The notes under the pieces: generated by a model
Database searches by the model: none
Told to the model about the DNA's origin: nothing
What the model saw: only the letters and a program-made list of their open reading frames with translations
Source: a virus
Reading direction: 5' to 3' (one strand)
Virus record (IMG/VR): IMGVR_UViG_3300005992_000001
Coordinates: 1 to 44,612 of that record
Length of the DNA: 44,612 bases
In this document: positions 8,256 to 15,221 of the stretch, in pieces
Position numbering within the stretch: the first letter of the stretch is position 1
Layout: every line of letters starts with the position of its first letter
Program-made: the position numbers and the translations under genes

Positions 8256-8513
8256 TCATTTCTGTTTACGCGCAAGGAAGCGGCGATGCACGCGCATGCT
8301 GGCGATGATGCCCAGTGGTCCGCCGCCGAGGAAGGCGGCGATTTCGATGCCGGTAGCGTTGGGGGCCAATTTAAAAAGCAGCAGATTGCCGATGCCGATG
8401 CCGAAGCTGGTAAAAAACGCGGCCCAATAGTGCCCGCCATTGACGTTGAGCGATTGCAAGCCCAAGAAAAAAACAAGGGCGAAGGTGCTGGCAAAGAGAG
8501 TGAGGGCGGTCAT
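8256..8513 (-). CDS. Small integral membrane protein (about 3 TM)
   Basis: ATGA overlap with the kinase stop; hydrophobic segments LTLFASTFALVFFLGL, HYWAAFFTSFGIGIGNLLLF and IAAFLGGGPLGIIA. Confidence 0.6.
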   Translation of the reverse strand: MTALTLFASTFALVFFLGLQSLNVNGGHYWAAFFTSFGIGIGNLLLFKLAPNATGIEIAAFLGGGPLGIIASMRVHRRFLARKQK

Positions 8514-9082
8514 AGTTTTATAACCGTGTGCCTGCACAGTAATGTCTCGTGCGATGTCGTTATGATGCTCCTGACGCTGGCGTGTAGTTGGTCGAGGGTG
8601 CCGTCATTATTTATCACCACATCACCCGGCCTGATTTCCAGGCCTGCCTCTGAGATATGCGGTCTCACTTTGGCCGCGTCATCGCGGTTGATGTGCCATA
8701 GCCGCCCGCCTCTTCTGCGTATCCAGTAGGCCTCGTTGGGCATTCGAATGTCTGAAATGACGGTGTGGCTTAGTGGATTTTCTATCCCCAAACGCGTAAC
8801 GGCCCTGTCGGCAATACGAATCCATATGTCATCGCGGATTAAATTCCGCCCCCACTCAGTGCCCAGAGTTTGCATGAGCGCGCGCGGGCTTTCCCAGAGC
8901 CAGGGTATGTTTCGTTCCTTGTTGGCGGGAGAGAACGCGTCATCAGGCAAGTCGAGCATTGCGACAAGGCCGCGGCGGATAGGATCTGCAAGCGCGAGTT
9001 GTCTGAAATTGTACGCGTGCCATAAGTAGTGGGCGACGGTATCCTTGCCCGCCCCCGCTTTGCCGGTGAGTCCGATTAACAT
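8510..9082 (-). CDS. Deoxynucleoside monophosphate kinase-like P-loop protein
   Basis: The N-terminus MLIGLTGKAGAGKDT (Walker A) and overall size are typical of phage dNMP kinases. Confidence 0.7.
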   Translation of the reverse strand: MLIGLTGKAGAGKDTVAHYLWHAYNFRQLALADPIRRGLVAMLDLPDDAFSPANKERNIPWLWESPRALMQTLGTEWGRNLIRDDIWIRIADRAVTRLGIENPLSHTVISDIRMPNEAYWIRRRGGRLWHINRDDAAKVRPHISEAGLEIRPGDVVINNDGTLDQLHASVRSIITTSHETLLCRHTVIKL

Positions 9083-9098
9083 AATTCACCCACTTTTT

Positions 9099-9320
9099 TT
9101 ATTTAATATGAACCCAAGTCCTATATGTGATGGCATCGAAAGCGGTGCCGCGATTAACGTGGTAAAGGCGCGCGACACATGCCATACATAATCCATTTTT
9201 TTCGTGAAGCCGCCGCATCATGCGCACCTTGCGCCCGGTTAGTTTTGCGCGGTGATGGCGTTCACCACGCTGAGACGAAACCCAATTCACGCCCATACAT
9301 TTTTTTCCTTTATAGGTCAC
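9099..9320 (-). CDS. Small HTH-type DNA-binding protein
   Basis: Pattern GERHHRAKLTGRKVRMMRRL...ARLYHVNRGTAFDAITYRTW is common in small phage HTH proteins. Confidence 0.45.
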   Translation of the reverse strand: MTYKGKKCMGVNWVSSQRGERHHRAKLTGRKVRMMRRLHEKNGLCMACVARLYHVNRGTAFDAITYRTWVHIK

Positions 9321-9365
9321 TACAATATTTTGTTTTCGCCGCGGATTGCCTTTTTTGTTTTTCCA

Positions 9366-10226
9366 TCACGCCGCACCAAAGAAAAACGGCAGCTCCGTTT
9401 GCGTCTTGATAAGATCGATGAGCATGGTGGTGGCGTCTTCCAGCGTTTTGTCGGCGCGGATGAGTTCATACCAAAACGTTAACTTTCCCTCACGCACGCG
9501 GTAGCGCAGGCGCGCATCGATCTGATAGGCCTGGCTATTCCAAAACACTGGCACGCCGATGGCGAAGCGGTCGAATATATCCATCGCGGCGACGGTGGCG
9601 GCGTCTTGATCGTCGACAAATGACAGGCGAATGCCGCCGCTTTGCAGGCGAATGGCGGATTTAAATCGGCTGTCTTGTTTTGCTTCAAAGGAAAGCGCCA
9701 TTTCAAGCATCTGTGCGCCCGTGGCGCCGCCGGAGGTGCCGGTAATGTCGCGCAGATTGTTTTCGATGAATTGGGCAAAATCGGCCTGGCTCATCGGCTT
9801 TTTATTGTTTACGGCCCATTCTCTCCATTCGCTGGAGAACGCGGGCGCATAGGTAGCGCTGTGTTTTTTCCACCTCGGCAGATCCCCCGCGCCACCGTGG
9901 TCGTCAATGATGGCCGTGAACTTGACTTCGCACTGGGTGTAATTAGCCAAGCACCACACCGTGGTGGTCAGCGGGTCGGCGTGGCGTTTGAGATAAGCGA
10001 TAAAGCTGACCGCGTCGTTAAGCGTGGCCGAGGCTGTCTTTTTTAATGGATGGGGGAGCAAGATCGAGTCGTCAAACTGGTCCATTTTCCATCCGGGCGG
10101 CAGGGCCACGCGGCGGATGTTATCGACACCAGCGATCTCATACGGGGTTTTCAGCTCGCGGGCGAGGGTTTCGGCGATGTTTTCGGCGGTGTTTGACGAG
10201 AGGGTTTCGCTTTTGATTGGCGTCAT
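9366..10226 (-). CDS. DUF2303 (YfdQ-like) protein
   Basis: 286-aa ORF with length and conserved blocks (FIAYLKRH, SFEAKQDSRFKSAIRLQSG) resembling prophage YfdQ. Confidence 0.6.
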   Translation of the reverse strand: MTPIKSETLSSNTAENIAETLARELKTPYEIAGVDNIRRVALPPGWKMDQFDDSILLPHPLKKTASATLNDAVSFIAYLKRHADPLTTTVWCLANYTQCEVKFTAIIDDHGGAGDLPRWKKHSATYAPAFSSEWREWAVNNKKPMSQADFAQFIENNLRDITGTSGGATGAQMLEMALSFEAKQDSRFKSAIRLQSGGIRLSFVDDQDAATVAAMDIFDRFAIGVPVFWNSQAYQIDARLRYRVREGKLTFWYELIRADKTLEDATTMLIDLIKTQTELPFFFGAA

Positions 10227-10253
10227 TGTTGCGTTCCTGTGTGGAGGTGGTGT

Positions 10254-10586
10254 TTATGCGTTTTTCAACGACGCATTCGTGGGCGCGTCTGCAATTTTAA
10301 GGTCGAGCTTTTTTTGTTGCGGGTCGTCTGCAACGAGATTGCCCTCGGGGGTGGCGAAGAGCATCGCCTCCATCGTGTCAGTGACCGGCGCCTTGAGTGT
10401 GGAGCGTCCGGTGATGTGCATGGCGCCGCCGCGCGTGGCTTTTTTTACGGTAATCTCCAATATCAGCTTGCCGGATTTTCCGGTATCGCCCACGGCGTTT
10501 ACTAAGTCATTAAGCTTGTTGCTAGCCTGATCCACAAAGGCGCCGCCGCCGATGTGGTGCAGGGTTTCGCTGATGGGGCGTGACAT
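10254..10586 (-). CDS. Hypothetical protein (110 aa)
   Basis: ATG 10586 is preceded by AAAGGAGCA; the longer track ORF to 10739 is Arg/Pro-rich. Confidence 0.55.
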   Translation of the reverse strand: MSRPISETLHHIGGGAFVDQASNKLNDLVNAVGDTGKSGKLILEITVKKATRGGAMHITGRSTLKAPVTDTMEAMLFATPEGNLVADDPQQKKLDLKIADAPTNASLKNA

Positions 10587-10600
10587 GGGTGCTGCTCCTT

Positions 10601-10888
10601 TCAAATAAGCCCAAGCTGATCGGGCGGGGGGGGTTGTTGTCTCTCGGCGATGAGGCGGGCGGCCCGCGCTTGCGCCTCCAGTGTTTTTAAAATCAGCGGC
10701 GTGGTGATGGCCCGCTGGTAATTCCAGCCCCGCCGCCACAAGCCGCTGCGCTGGAATGCGCGGCGCAGCTCGGCGGCGGTTGGGTTTGTATCAGGGCGGG
10801 TCACGTCGCCGCGCCCTGGCCGCCGCGCGGCCGTTGCTGCGATTGGCGATGCAGGTGTTGCAGCGGCCGACGCGGCGATTGCCGACAC
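10601..10888 (-). CDS. Hypothetical protein, start uncertain (possibly GTG 10804)
   Basis: The conserved-looking C-terminal part is AELRRAFQRSGLWRRGWNYQRAITTPLILKTLE; the N-terminal 28 codons overlap the upstream gene. Confidence 0.45.
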   Translation of the reverse strand: MSAIAASAAATPASPIAATAARRPGRGDVTRPDTNPTAAELRRAFQRSGLWRRGWNYQRAITTPLILKTLEAQARAARLIAERQQPPPPDQLGLI

Positions 10889-10982
10889 GGATAAAGCGCG
10901 TTGCTTCGTTGATGCCGCAATCGTTGCAGAGCTTGCGCAGCGGCTTGTCTATGGCCTCGCGGGTGTTGTCGTGCGGCTTCAT
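10791..10982 (-). CDS. Small CxxC...CxxC zinc-ribbon protein
   Basis: ATG 10982 (MKPHDN...); CNDCG...CNTC. Confidence 0.5.
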   Translation of the reverse strand: MKPHDNTREAIDKPLRKLCNDCGINEATRFIRVGNRRVGRCNTCIANRSNGRAAARARRRDPP

Positions 10983-10998
10983 GGTGACGTCCCCCATT

Positions 10999-11238
10999 TC
11001 ATTCGCGGCGTTTGCGCGGTTGCGGGCGCCATGGGCCATTCACGCGCGCGGTGATCTCGGCCATGCTCAACCGTTTTGCATGCTCGGCGGCGATGCGCAG
11101 GCTTTTCTCGGCGTGCCGTTGTTTTTCTCCCGCAATAGTGCAGGCCTTGCATTCCGGGCGCAGATTTTTGCCGTTGATATAAAAATTCAGCGGTGATTTT
11201 TGGGCGCCGCACACTTTGCAAGTAATGAGGTCTACCAT
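10999..11238 (-). CDS. Small CxxC...CxxC zinc-ribbon protein
   Basis: CKVCG...CKAC; same architecture as the 10791..10982 product. Confidence 0.5.
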   Translation of the reverse strand: MVDLITCKVCGAQKSPLNFYINGKNLRPECKACTIAGEKQRHAEKSLRIAAEHAKRLSMAEITARVNGPWRPQPRKRRE

Positions 11239-11432
11239 GGGCGATGCTCTTCTTTTGTCGCCAGCGCCGGGCGCGGATCATCGGCGCAGTGTTCGTCGGC
11301 GTCGTCGATAGCGGCTGGGCGCAGCGTGTCGAGCAGGAAGCCCAGCACCAATAAGCAGGTGTTAAAAATTGCATGGCGCATTTTTCTAAGCCTCCCTGTT
11401 TTTTCGTCGATTTCGCCGACCGGATCAGTCAT
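11232..11432 (-). CDS. Small membrane protein (1 TM)
   Basis: 66-aa ORF with FNTCLLVLGFLL; overlapping starts and stops with its neighbours. Confidence 0.4.
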   Translation of the reverse strand: MTDPVGEIDEKTGRLRKMRHAIFNTCLLVLGFLLDTLRPAAIDDADEHCADDPRPALATKEEHRPW

Positions 11433-11652
11433 GGCGTGGCGTCATGTTGGTGGCCATCCCATGCACGCGCTGAATGGCGTCACTCAGCCTCGGGGCGCGG
11501 GTGATACCTCTATTCATGCCCATGGCGGCGCCGTGCTGCGTATACGGGCCGCTCTCGACCTTGCCGCGGGTGACAAAATAAAAGCCGCTGCGCTGTGGGT
11601 GGTCTCGATGCCAGACGTGCACCACGCGGCCGCTGCGGAAGATGGCCTTCAT
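11425..11652 (-). CDS. Hypothetical protein
   Basis: 75-aa ORF, ATGA-type overlaps at both ends. Confidence 0.4.
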   Translation of the reverse strand: MKAIFRSGRVVHVWHRDHPQRSGFYFVTRGKVESGPYTQHGAAMGMNRGITRAPRLSDAIQRVHGMATNMTPRHD

Positions 11653-11879
11653 TTCCCGGCCCTCGGATGAAATTGGCCGACGGGGCAGTCGCGGAACTGG
11701 GTGCAGTCGGCCACGGCGCGGCGGGTGTCGATGGCCGCCTGCTTGTCGATGGCGGCAAAAAAGGTGCCTACCAGCAAGAAGGCGAAGACGATGAATGTGG
11801 CGAGCACCGCCAGCGTTTCCACGCAGCGCAGACGCGCGCGGCGGCGTTGGTTTTCAGAATGGCCGAAGTCTGAACGCAT
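11649..11879 (-). CDS. Small membrane protein (1 TM)
   Basis: 76-aa ORF with LAVLATFIVFAFLLVGTFFAAI. Confidence 0.45.
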   Translation of the reverse strand: MRSDFGHSENQRRRARLRCVETLAVLATFIVFAFLLVGTFFAAIDKQAAIDTRRAVADCTQFRDCPVGQFHPRAGK

Positions 11880-11905
11880 GGACTATCTCCTTTTAGCGGT
11901 GCAAT

Positions 11906-12154
11906 TTAGGCGCACCAGGACCAGGGGCACTTGCCGTCGATCATCCACACAGCGCGGCCTTCTTGGCTGGCCTGGGTGATTCCGGCGGCGAACTGGACGT
12001 TGGGCGGCTGTTTGAGGATGCGGCGGCGGTCTTTGCCGCTGCGGTGGTCTTCGGTGCTGGGGCAGCCGCTCATGCCGCACATACAGGGGGCGCCGTCCGT
12101 TGGCGTGGATGGGGTGTGCTGTGGGGTGGTGGCGATCCAATTGTAGATGTTCAT
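11906..12154 (-). CDS. First gene of the leftward early operon, hypothetical
   Basis: 82-aa ORF immediately downstream of the PL-like promoter. Confidence 0.5.
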   Translation of the reverse strand: MNIYNWIATTPQHTPSTPTDGAPCMCGMSGCPSTEDHRSGKDRRRILKQPPNVQFAAGITQASQEGRAVWMIDGKCPWSWCA

Positions 12155-12186
12155 GTAATTTGGTCCGTGATGGCCTGTTGTGTAGA

Positions 12187-12226
12187 AGTAAACTACAGTT
12201 TACCCTTAAAGTCAACAGCAGTTGAC
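12187..12226 (-). promoter_or_regulatory. PL-like promoter with two perfect 6-4-6 palindromic operators
   Basis: GTAAACTACAGTTTAC (12188-12203) and GTCAACAGCAGTTGAC (12211-12226); on the minus strand TTGACT (12215-12210), a 17-nt spacer, then TTTACT (12192-12187). Confidence 0.6.
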
Positions 12227-12300
12227 CCCCGAAATTAAATTATGTTGCGCAATTGATCGAATCACTTTAAAAATTAGGTGAAGAGGTGAGGGGTGCGATA

Positions 12301-12732
12301 ATGAAAATGGATAGATTAATTGTGATGTTGTTGGCCCCTGGGATGATGGGTGCCAATATTTTTAAATGCGCCGACGGTAATCAAGTCATCTATAGCGACA
12401 GGGTTTGTGGCGAAGTTGTTGAGAGGCTTGGAATTATACCTAGCGCAACACCTGATTCGTTTCCATCTGATCAGTATTCTGAGCTATTACGCAGCGCCGA
12501 TGAGCGCGCCGATCGTGATGCGTTTCGTCGTAAAATGAGGGAGGCGGCTAGAGCTAATAGCGTTATAGTGGGGATGGATGCCAGTTGGGTGATTGCTGCT
12601 TGGGGCAAGCCGGATAGGGTTAATAATGGAATAAATGTATCAGGAAGCTGGGAGCAATGGGTATATGAAAGAAGTCGCAAGCAAACTCAATATGTACATT
12701 TTATGAACGGTAAAGTTGTGTCAGCAGAGTGA
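12301..12732 (+). CDS. Secreted DUF4124-like plus BamE/SmpA-like protein (moron)
   Basis: Signal-like N-terminus MKMDRLIVMLLAPGMMGA; FKCADGNQVIYSDRVC is the DUF4124 pattern; VGMDASWVIAAWGKP...WEQWVY is BamE-like. Confidence 0.6.
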   Translation: MKMDRLIVMLLAPGMMGANIFKCADGNQVIYSDRVCGEVVERLGIIPSATPDSFPSDQYSELLRSADERADRDAFRRKMREAARANSVIVGMDASWVIAAWGKPDRVNNGINVSGSWEQWVYERSRKQTQYVHFMNGKVVSAE

Positions 12733-12742
12733 GAGTAGTGTT

Positions 12743-13015
12743 ATGGAAATTTTTATGGCGGCGGTGCTGTTGGGTTTGATTCCTGCGGTAATCGCATCTA
12801 AAAAAGGATACAGTTTTTTACTGTGGTGGGTTTTCGGAATATTTTTGCTAATCATTGCTTTGCCTATCGTGTTGATTATCGGCCCAAATAAGGGGGTTAT
12901 GCGTAAATGCCCGCGGTGCCTAGAATGGGTGAGACGGGAAGCAAGTGCATGCAAGTATTGCGGCGGAGAAATGAATAAAGCGAAAAGTGAATTGATAGGG
13001 GATGGCCCTGTTTAG
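12743..13015 (+). CDS. 2-TM membrane protein with C-terminal zinc ribbon (moron)
   Basis: TM segments AAVLLGLIPAVI and LLWWVFGIFLLIIALPIVLII, then CPRC...CKYCG. Confidence 0.55.
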   Translation: MEIFMAAVLLGLIPAVIASKKGYSFLLWWVFGIFLLIIALPIVLIIGPNKGVMRKCPRCLEWVRREASACKYCGGEMNKAKSELIGDGPV

Positions 13016-13028
13016 TTATGGATATTCA

Positions 13029-13237
13029 TTATTTAATCATTGTTTTTATTAGGTTTATTAAAGCTTCCCTCTGATTTGGTTTTAGGCTTCTGAAATCATT
13101 TAGTAGCGACATTTCCGTGTCGACTAAATATTCCCCAGCGGTATCTCGCACGCCATATGTGATGAACATTTCACCTTTCCCAGTAATAAGCCAATCGCCA
13201 TTCACCCTAGCATTTTTCTTTAAATTGGCGAGCGCAT
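13029..13237 (-). pseudogene. 3' fragment of the IS-disrupted CI-type (XRE/HTH_3) repressor
   Basis: Hand translation gives ANLKKNARVNGDWLITGKGEMFITYGVRDTAGEYLVDTEMSLLNDFRSLKPNQREALINLIKTMIK*; it is in phase with the 5' fragment across the 9-bp duplication. Confidence 0.8.
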
Positions 13238-14602
13238 GAGCCTATCCTGATTTTTGTGTGTAGAGGTCATATCATGCTAACAGAAGGAGATATGAATGAC
13301 CGCCACACCCAAGAAGGCGCGCCAGCGCAAACCCAAAGGCCCGTTTTCCGACGAGCTGCTTGACCAGTTACTTGCCCAAGTCTCGGGCAAAGACGCCGAG
13401 AGCTTGCTCGGTGAATCTGGCCTGATCGGGCAACTCAAGAAACAACTCGCCGAACGCATGCTCGCCGCCGAACTAAGCCACCATCTGATCAGCGAAGCGA
13501 GCGATGAGGGGGCGGGCAACCACCGTAATGGCAGCAGCGCCAAGACCGTCATCACGCCCAACGGCGCGCTTGATCTCAACATCCCGCGCGACCGCCTCGC
13601 CACCTTCGAACCCCAGCTCGTGGCCAAATACCAGCGTCGCCTACCCGGCTTCAACGACCACGTGATCAGCATGTACGGGCGCGGCATGACGATCCGCGAG
13701 GTTCAAGGCCATCTGGCCGAGCTGTATGGCCTGGAAGTCTCGCCCGAGCTGATCTCCACCATCACCGACGAAGTGATGGCCGAGGTGACCGAGTGGCAGG
13801 GTCGGCCGCTCGATGCCATGTACCCCATCGTCTACTTCGATGCTCTGCGGCTCAAGATTCGCGACGAAGGCACGGTCAAGAATAAGGCGGTCTATCTGGC
13901 GCTGGGCATTGACGCCACCGGCCGCAAGGATGTGCTGGGGCTGTGGATCGAGCAGACCGAGGGGGCTAAGTTCTGGCTCAAGGTGTTTAACGATCTCAAG
14001 CAGCGCGGCGTGGCCGATGTCCTGATCGCGGTCGTGGATGGCCTGCGCGGGTTTCCCGAGGCGATCGAAGCGGTGTTTCCGCAAGCGCAAATCCAGACCT
14101 GCATCGTGCATCTGATCCGCACTTCCCTGAATTACGTGGGCTGGAAGGATCGCAAAGCGCTGGCCGCCGAACTGAAAGGGATCTACCAAGCCACCAACGC
14201 GGACGCGGCGGAAGCGGCCCTGACCGAATTCGAGCAAGGCGCCTGGGGGCGCAAATTCCCGCCCATCGCCCTTGCCTGGCGGCGGCAGTGGACGCAGGTG
14301 ATTCCGTTCTTCGCCTACCCGCCGGAGGTGCGCAAGATTATCTACACCACGAATGCCATTGAGAGTTTGCATATGCGATTACGCAAGATCGTGAAGAATC
14401 GCGGCCACTTCCCGAGCGATGAATCGGCCACGAAGCTGTTGTTCCTGGCCTTGCGCAATATCGTTAAAGATTGGAAGATGCCACCACGCACTTGGAAGGA
14501 AGCTGCAAATCAATTCGCCATTATCTTTGGCGAACGATTCACGGCTTCATTGAATTGAGACTGTGATCAACCCGGCCTCACACACAAAATTATGGATACG
14601 CC
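13238..14602 (+). mobile_element. IS256-family insertion sequence (1365 bp)
   Basis: Imperfect terminal IRs at 13238-13266 and 14576-14602; flanking 9-bp direct repeat CGAGCGCAT at 13229-13237 and 14603-14611; a single Mutator-type transposase ORF. Confidence 0.9.
13296..14558 (+). CDS. IS256-family (Mutator-type) transposase
   Basis: 420 aa; signature VDGLRGFPEAIEAVFPQAQIQTCIVHLIR and YTTNAIESLH; AAGGAG RBS. Confidence 0.95.
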   Translation: MTATPKKARQRKPKGPFSDELLDQLLAQVSGKDAESLLGESGLIGQLKKQLAERMLAAELSHHLISEASDEGAGNHRNGSSAKTVITPNGALDLNIPRDRLATFEPQLVAKYQRRLPGFNDHVISMYGRGMTIREVQGHLAELYGLEVSPELISTITDEVMAEVTEWQGRPLDAMYPIVYFDALRLKIRDEGTVKNKAVYLALGIDATGRKDVLGLWIEQTEGAKFWLKVFNDLKQRGVADVLIAVVDGLRGFPEAIEAVFPQAQIQTCIVHLIRTSLNYVGWKDRKALAAELKGIYQATNADAAEAALTEFEQGAWGRKFPPIALAWRRQWTQVIPFFAYPPEVRKIIYTTNAIESLHMRLRKIVKNRGHFPSDESATKLLFLALRNIVKDWKMPPRTWKEAANQFAIIFGERFTASLN

Positions 14603-14756
14603 CGAGCGCATCGCGCTCAGGCCGAGCTTTAGCTGCAAACCAATTCCCCGATGCGGTTTTTGAAACACCAGCAAGGCGACCAAGCCCAGATTTATCTACG
14701 CCGAGCGTTTTGGCCAGCAGTGCAATCCGTTCCGCTATGTCTGGACAGTATGTCAT
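14603..14756 (-). pseudogene. 5' fragment of the IS-disrupted CI-type repressor
   Basis: MTYCPDIAERIALLAKTLGVDKSGLGRLAGVSKTASGNWFAAKARPERDAL, then 18 codons read from the IS end (track ORF 14547..14756). Confidence 0.8.
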
Positions 14757-14759
14757 ATA

Positions 14760-14820
14760 GTCAATTTTAGTTTACTTTCGGTTAATTCAGGTTGACGATA
14801 ACGGTAAACCGTGGTTTACT
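14760..14820 (+). promoter_or_regulatory. OR/PR-like region: three 6-4-6 operators and the rightward promoter
   Basis: GTCAATTTTAGTTTAC (14760-14775), GTTAATTCAGGTTGAC (14781-14796) and GTAAACCGTGGTTTAC (14804-14819); TTGACG (14792-14797), a 17-nt spacer, then TTTACT (14815-14820). Confidence 0.6.
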
Positions 14821-14827
14821 TTATCGC

Positions 14828-15022
14828 ATGATCACTAAACGCCAGCTTCTAACCCGCTATGAGACTCAAGTCGCTATAGCCGATTTGTTCGGCATCAGCA
14901 AACAGGCTGTGTCGCGCTGGGGTCTGGATGATCCAATCCCCAGAGCGCAGGAATTAAGGTTGAGATACGAGCTTTCTCCTCGTCTTTATGCGCCAGATAA
15001 AGATATTAATTGCGAATCGTGA
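14828..15022 (+). CDS. Cro/YdaS-like HTH protein
   Basis: QVAIADLFGISKQAVSRWG is an HTH; divergent from the repressor; the ATG lies 7 nt after the -10-like hexamer with no SD. Confidence 0.65.
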   Translation: MITKRQLLTRYETQVAIADLFGISKQAVSRWGLDDPIPRAQELRLRYELSPRLYAPDKDINCES

Positions 15023-15159
15023 ATGGGCATTAAAAAAGAGACTGCTCTATGACCGGAATCGAAAAAGCGGTGAAGCCGTTTAAGACCCAGACCGCGGTGG
15101 ATGCCGTGATGCGAGGTAGAGCGCTGGTTCATTTTTCATTTTTTCCATTTCTCCTGTTG

Positions 15160-15186
15160 GCGCGTCACTTTGGCGCGCTTTTTTTT
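15160..15186 (+). terminator. Intrinsic terminator between the cro-like and cII-like genes (tR1-like position)
   Basis: 7-bp stem GCGCGTC (15160-15166) / GGCGCGC (15172-15178, one G-U pair), 5-nt loop, then T8 (15179-15186). Confidence 0.6.
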
Positions 15187-15221
15187 AACTTATTTCCGTC
15201 CTACAACGCGACTCAATCGTT

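Noticed and set aside
7974-8729. 251-aa plus-strand ORF
   Set aside because: It is antisense to four minus-strand genes, including the membrane protein and the dNMP kinase, and has no RBS.
13641-14372. 243-aa minus-strand ORF inside the IS
   Set aside because: It is antisense to the unmistakable IS256-type transposase.
14547-14756. A reading of the 69-aa ORF as an intact small repressor
   Set aside because: Its last 18 codons are encoded by the IS right inverted repeat. The HTH domain is completed only by the fragment at 13029..13237.
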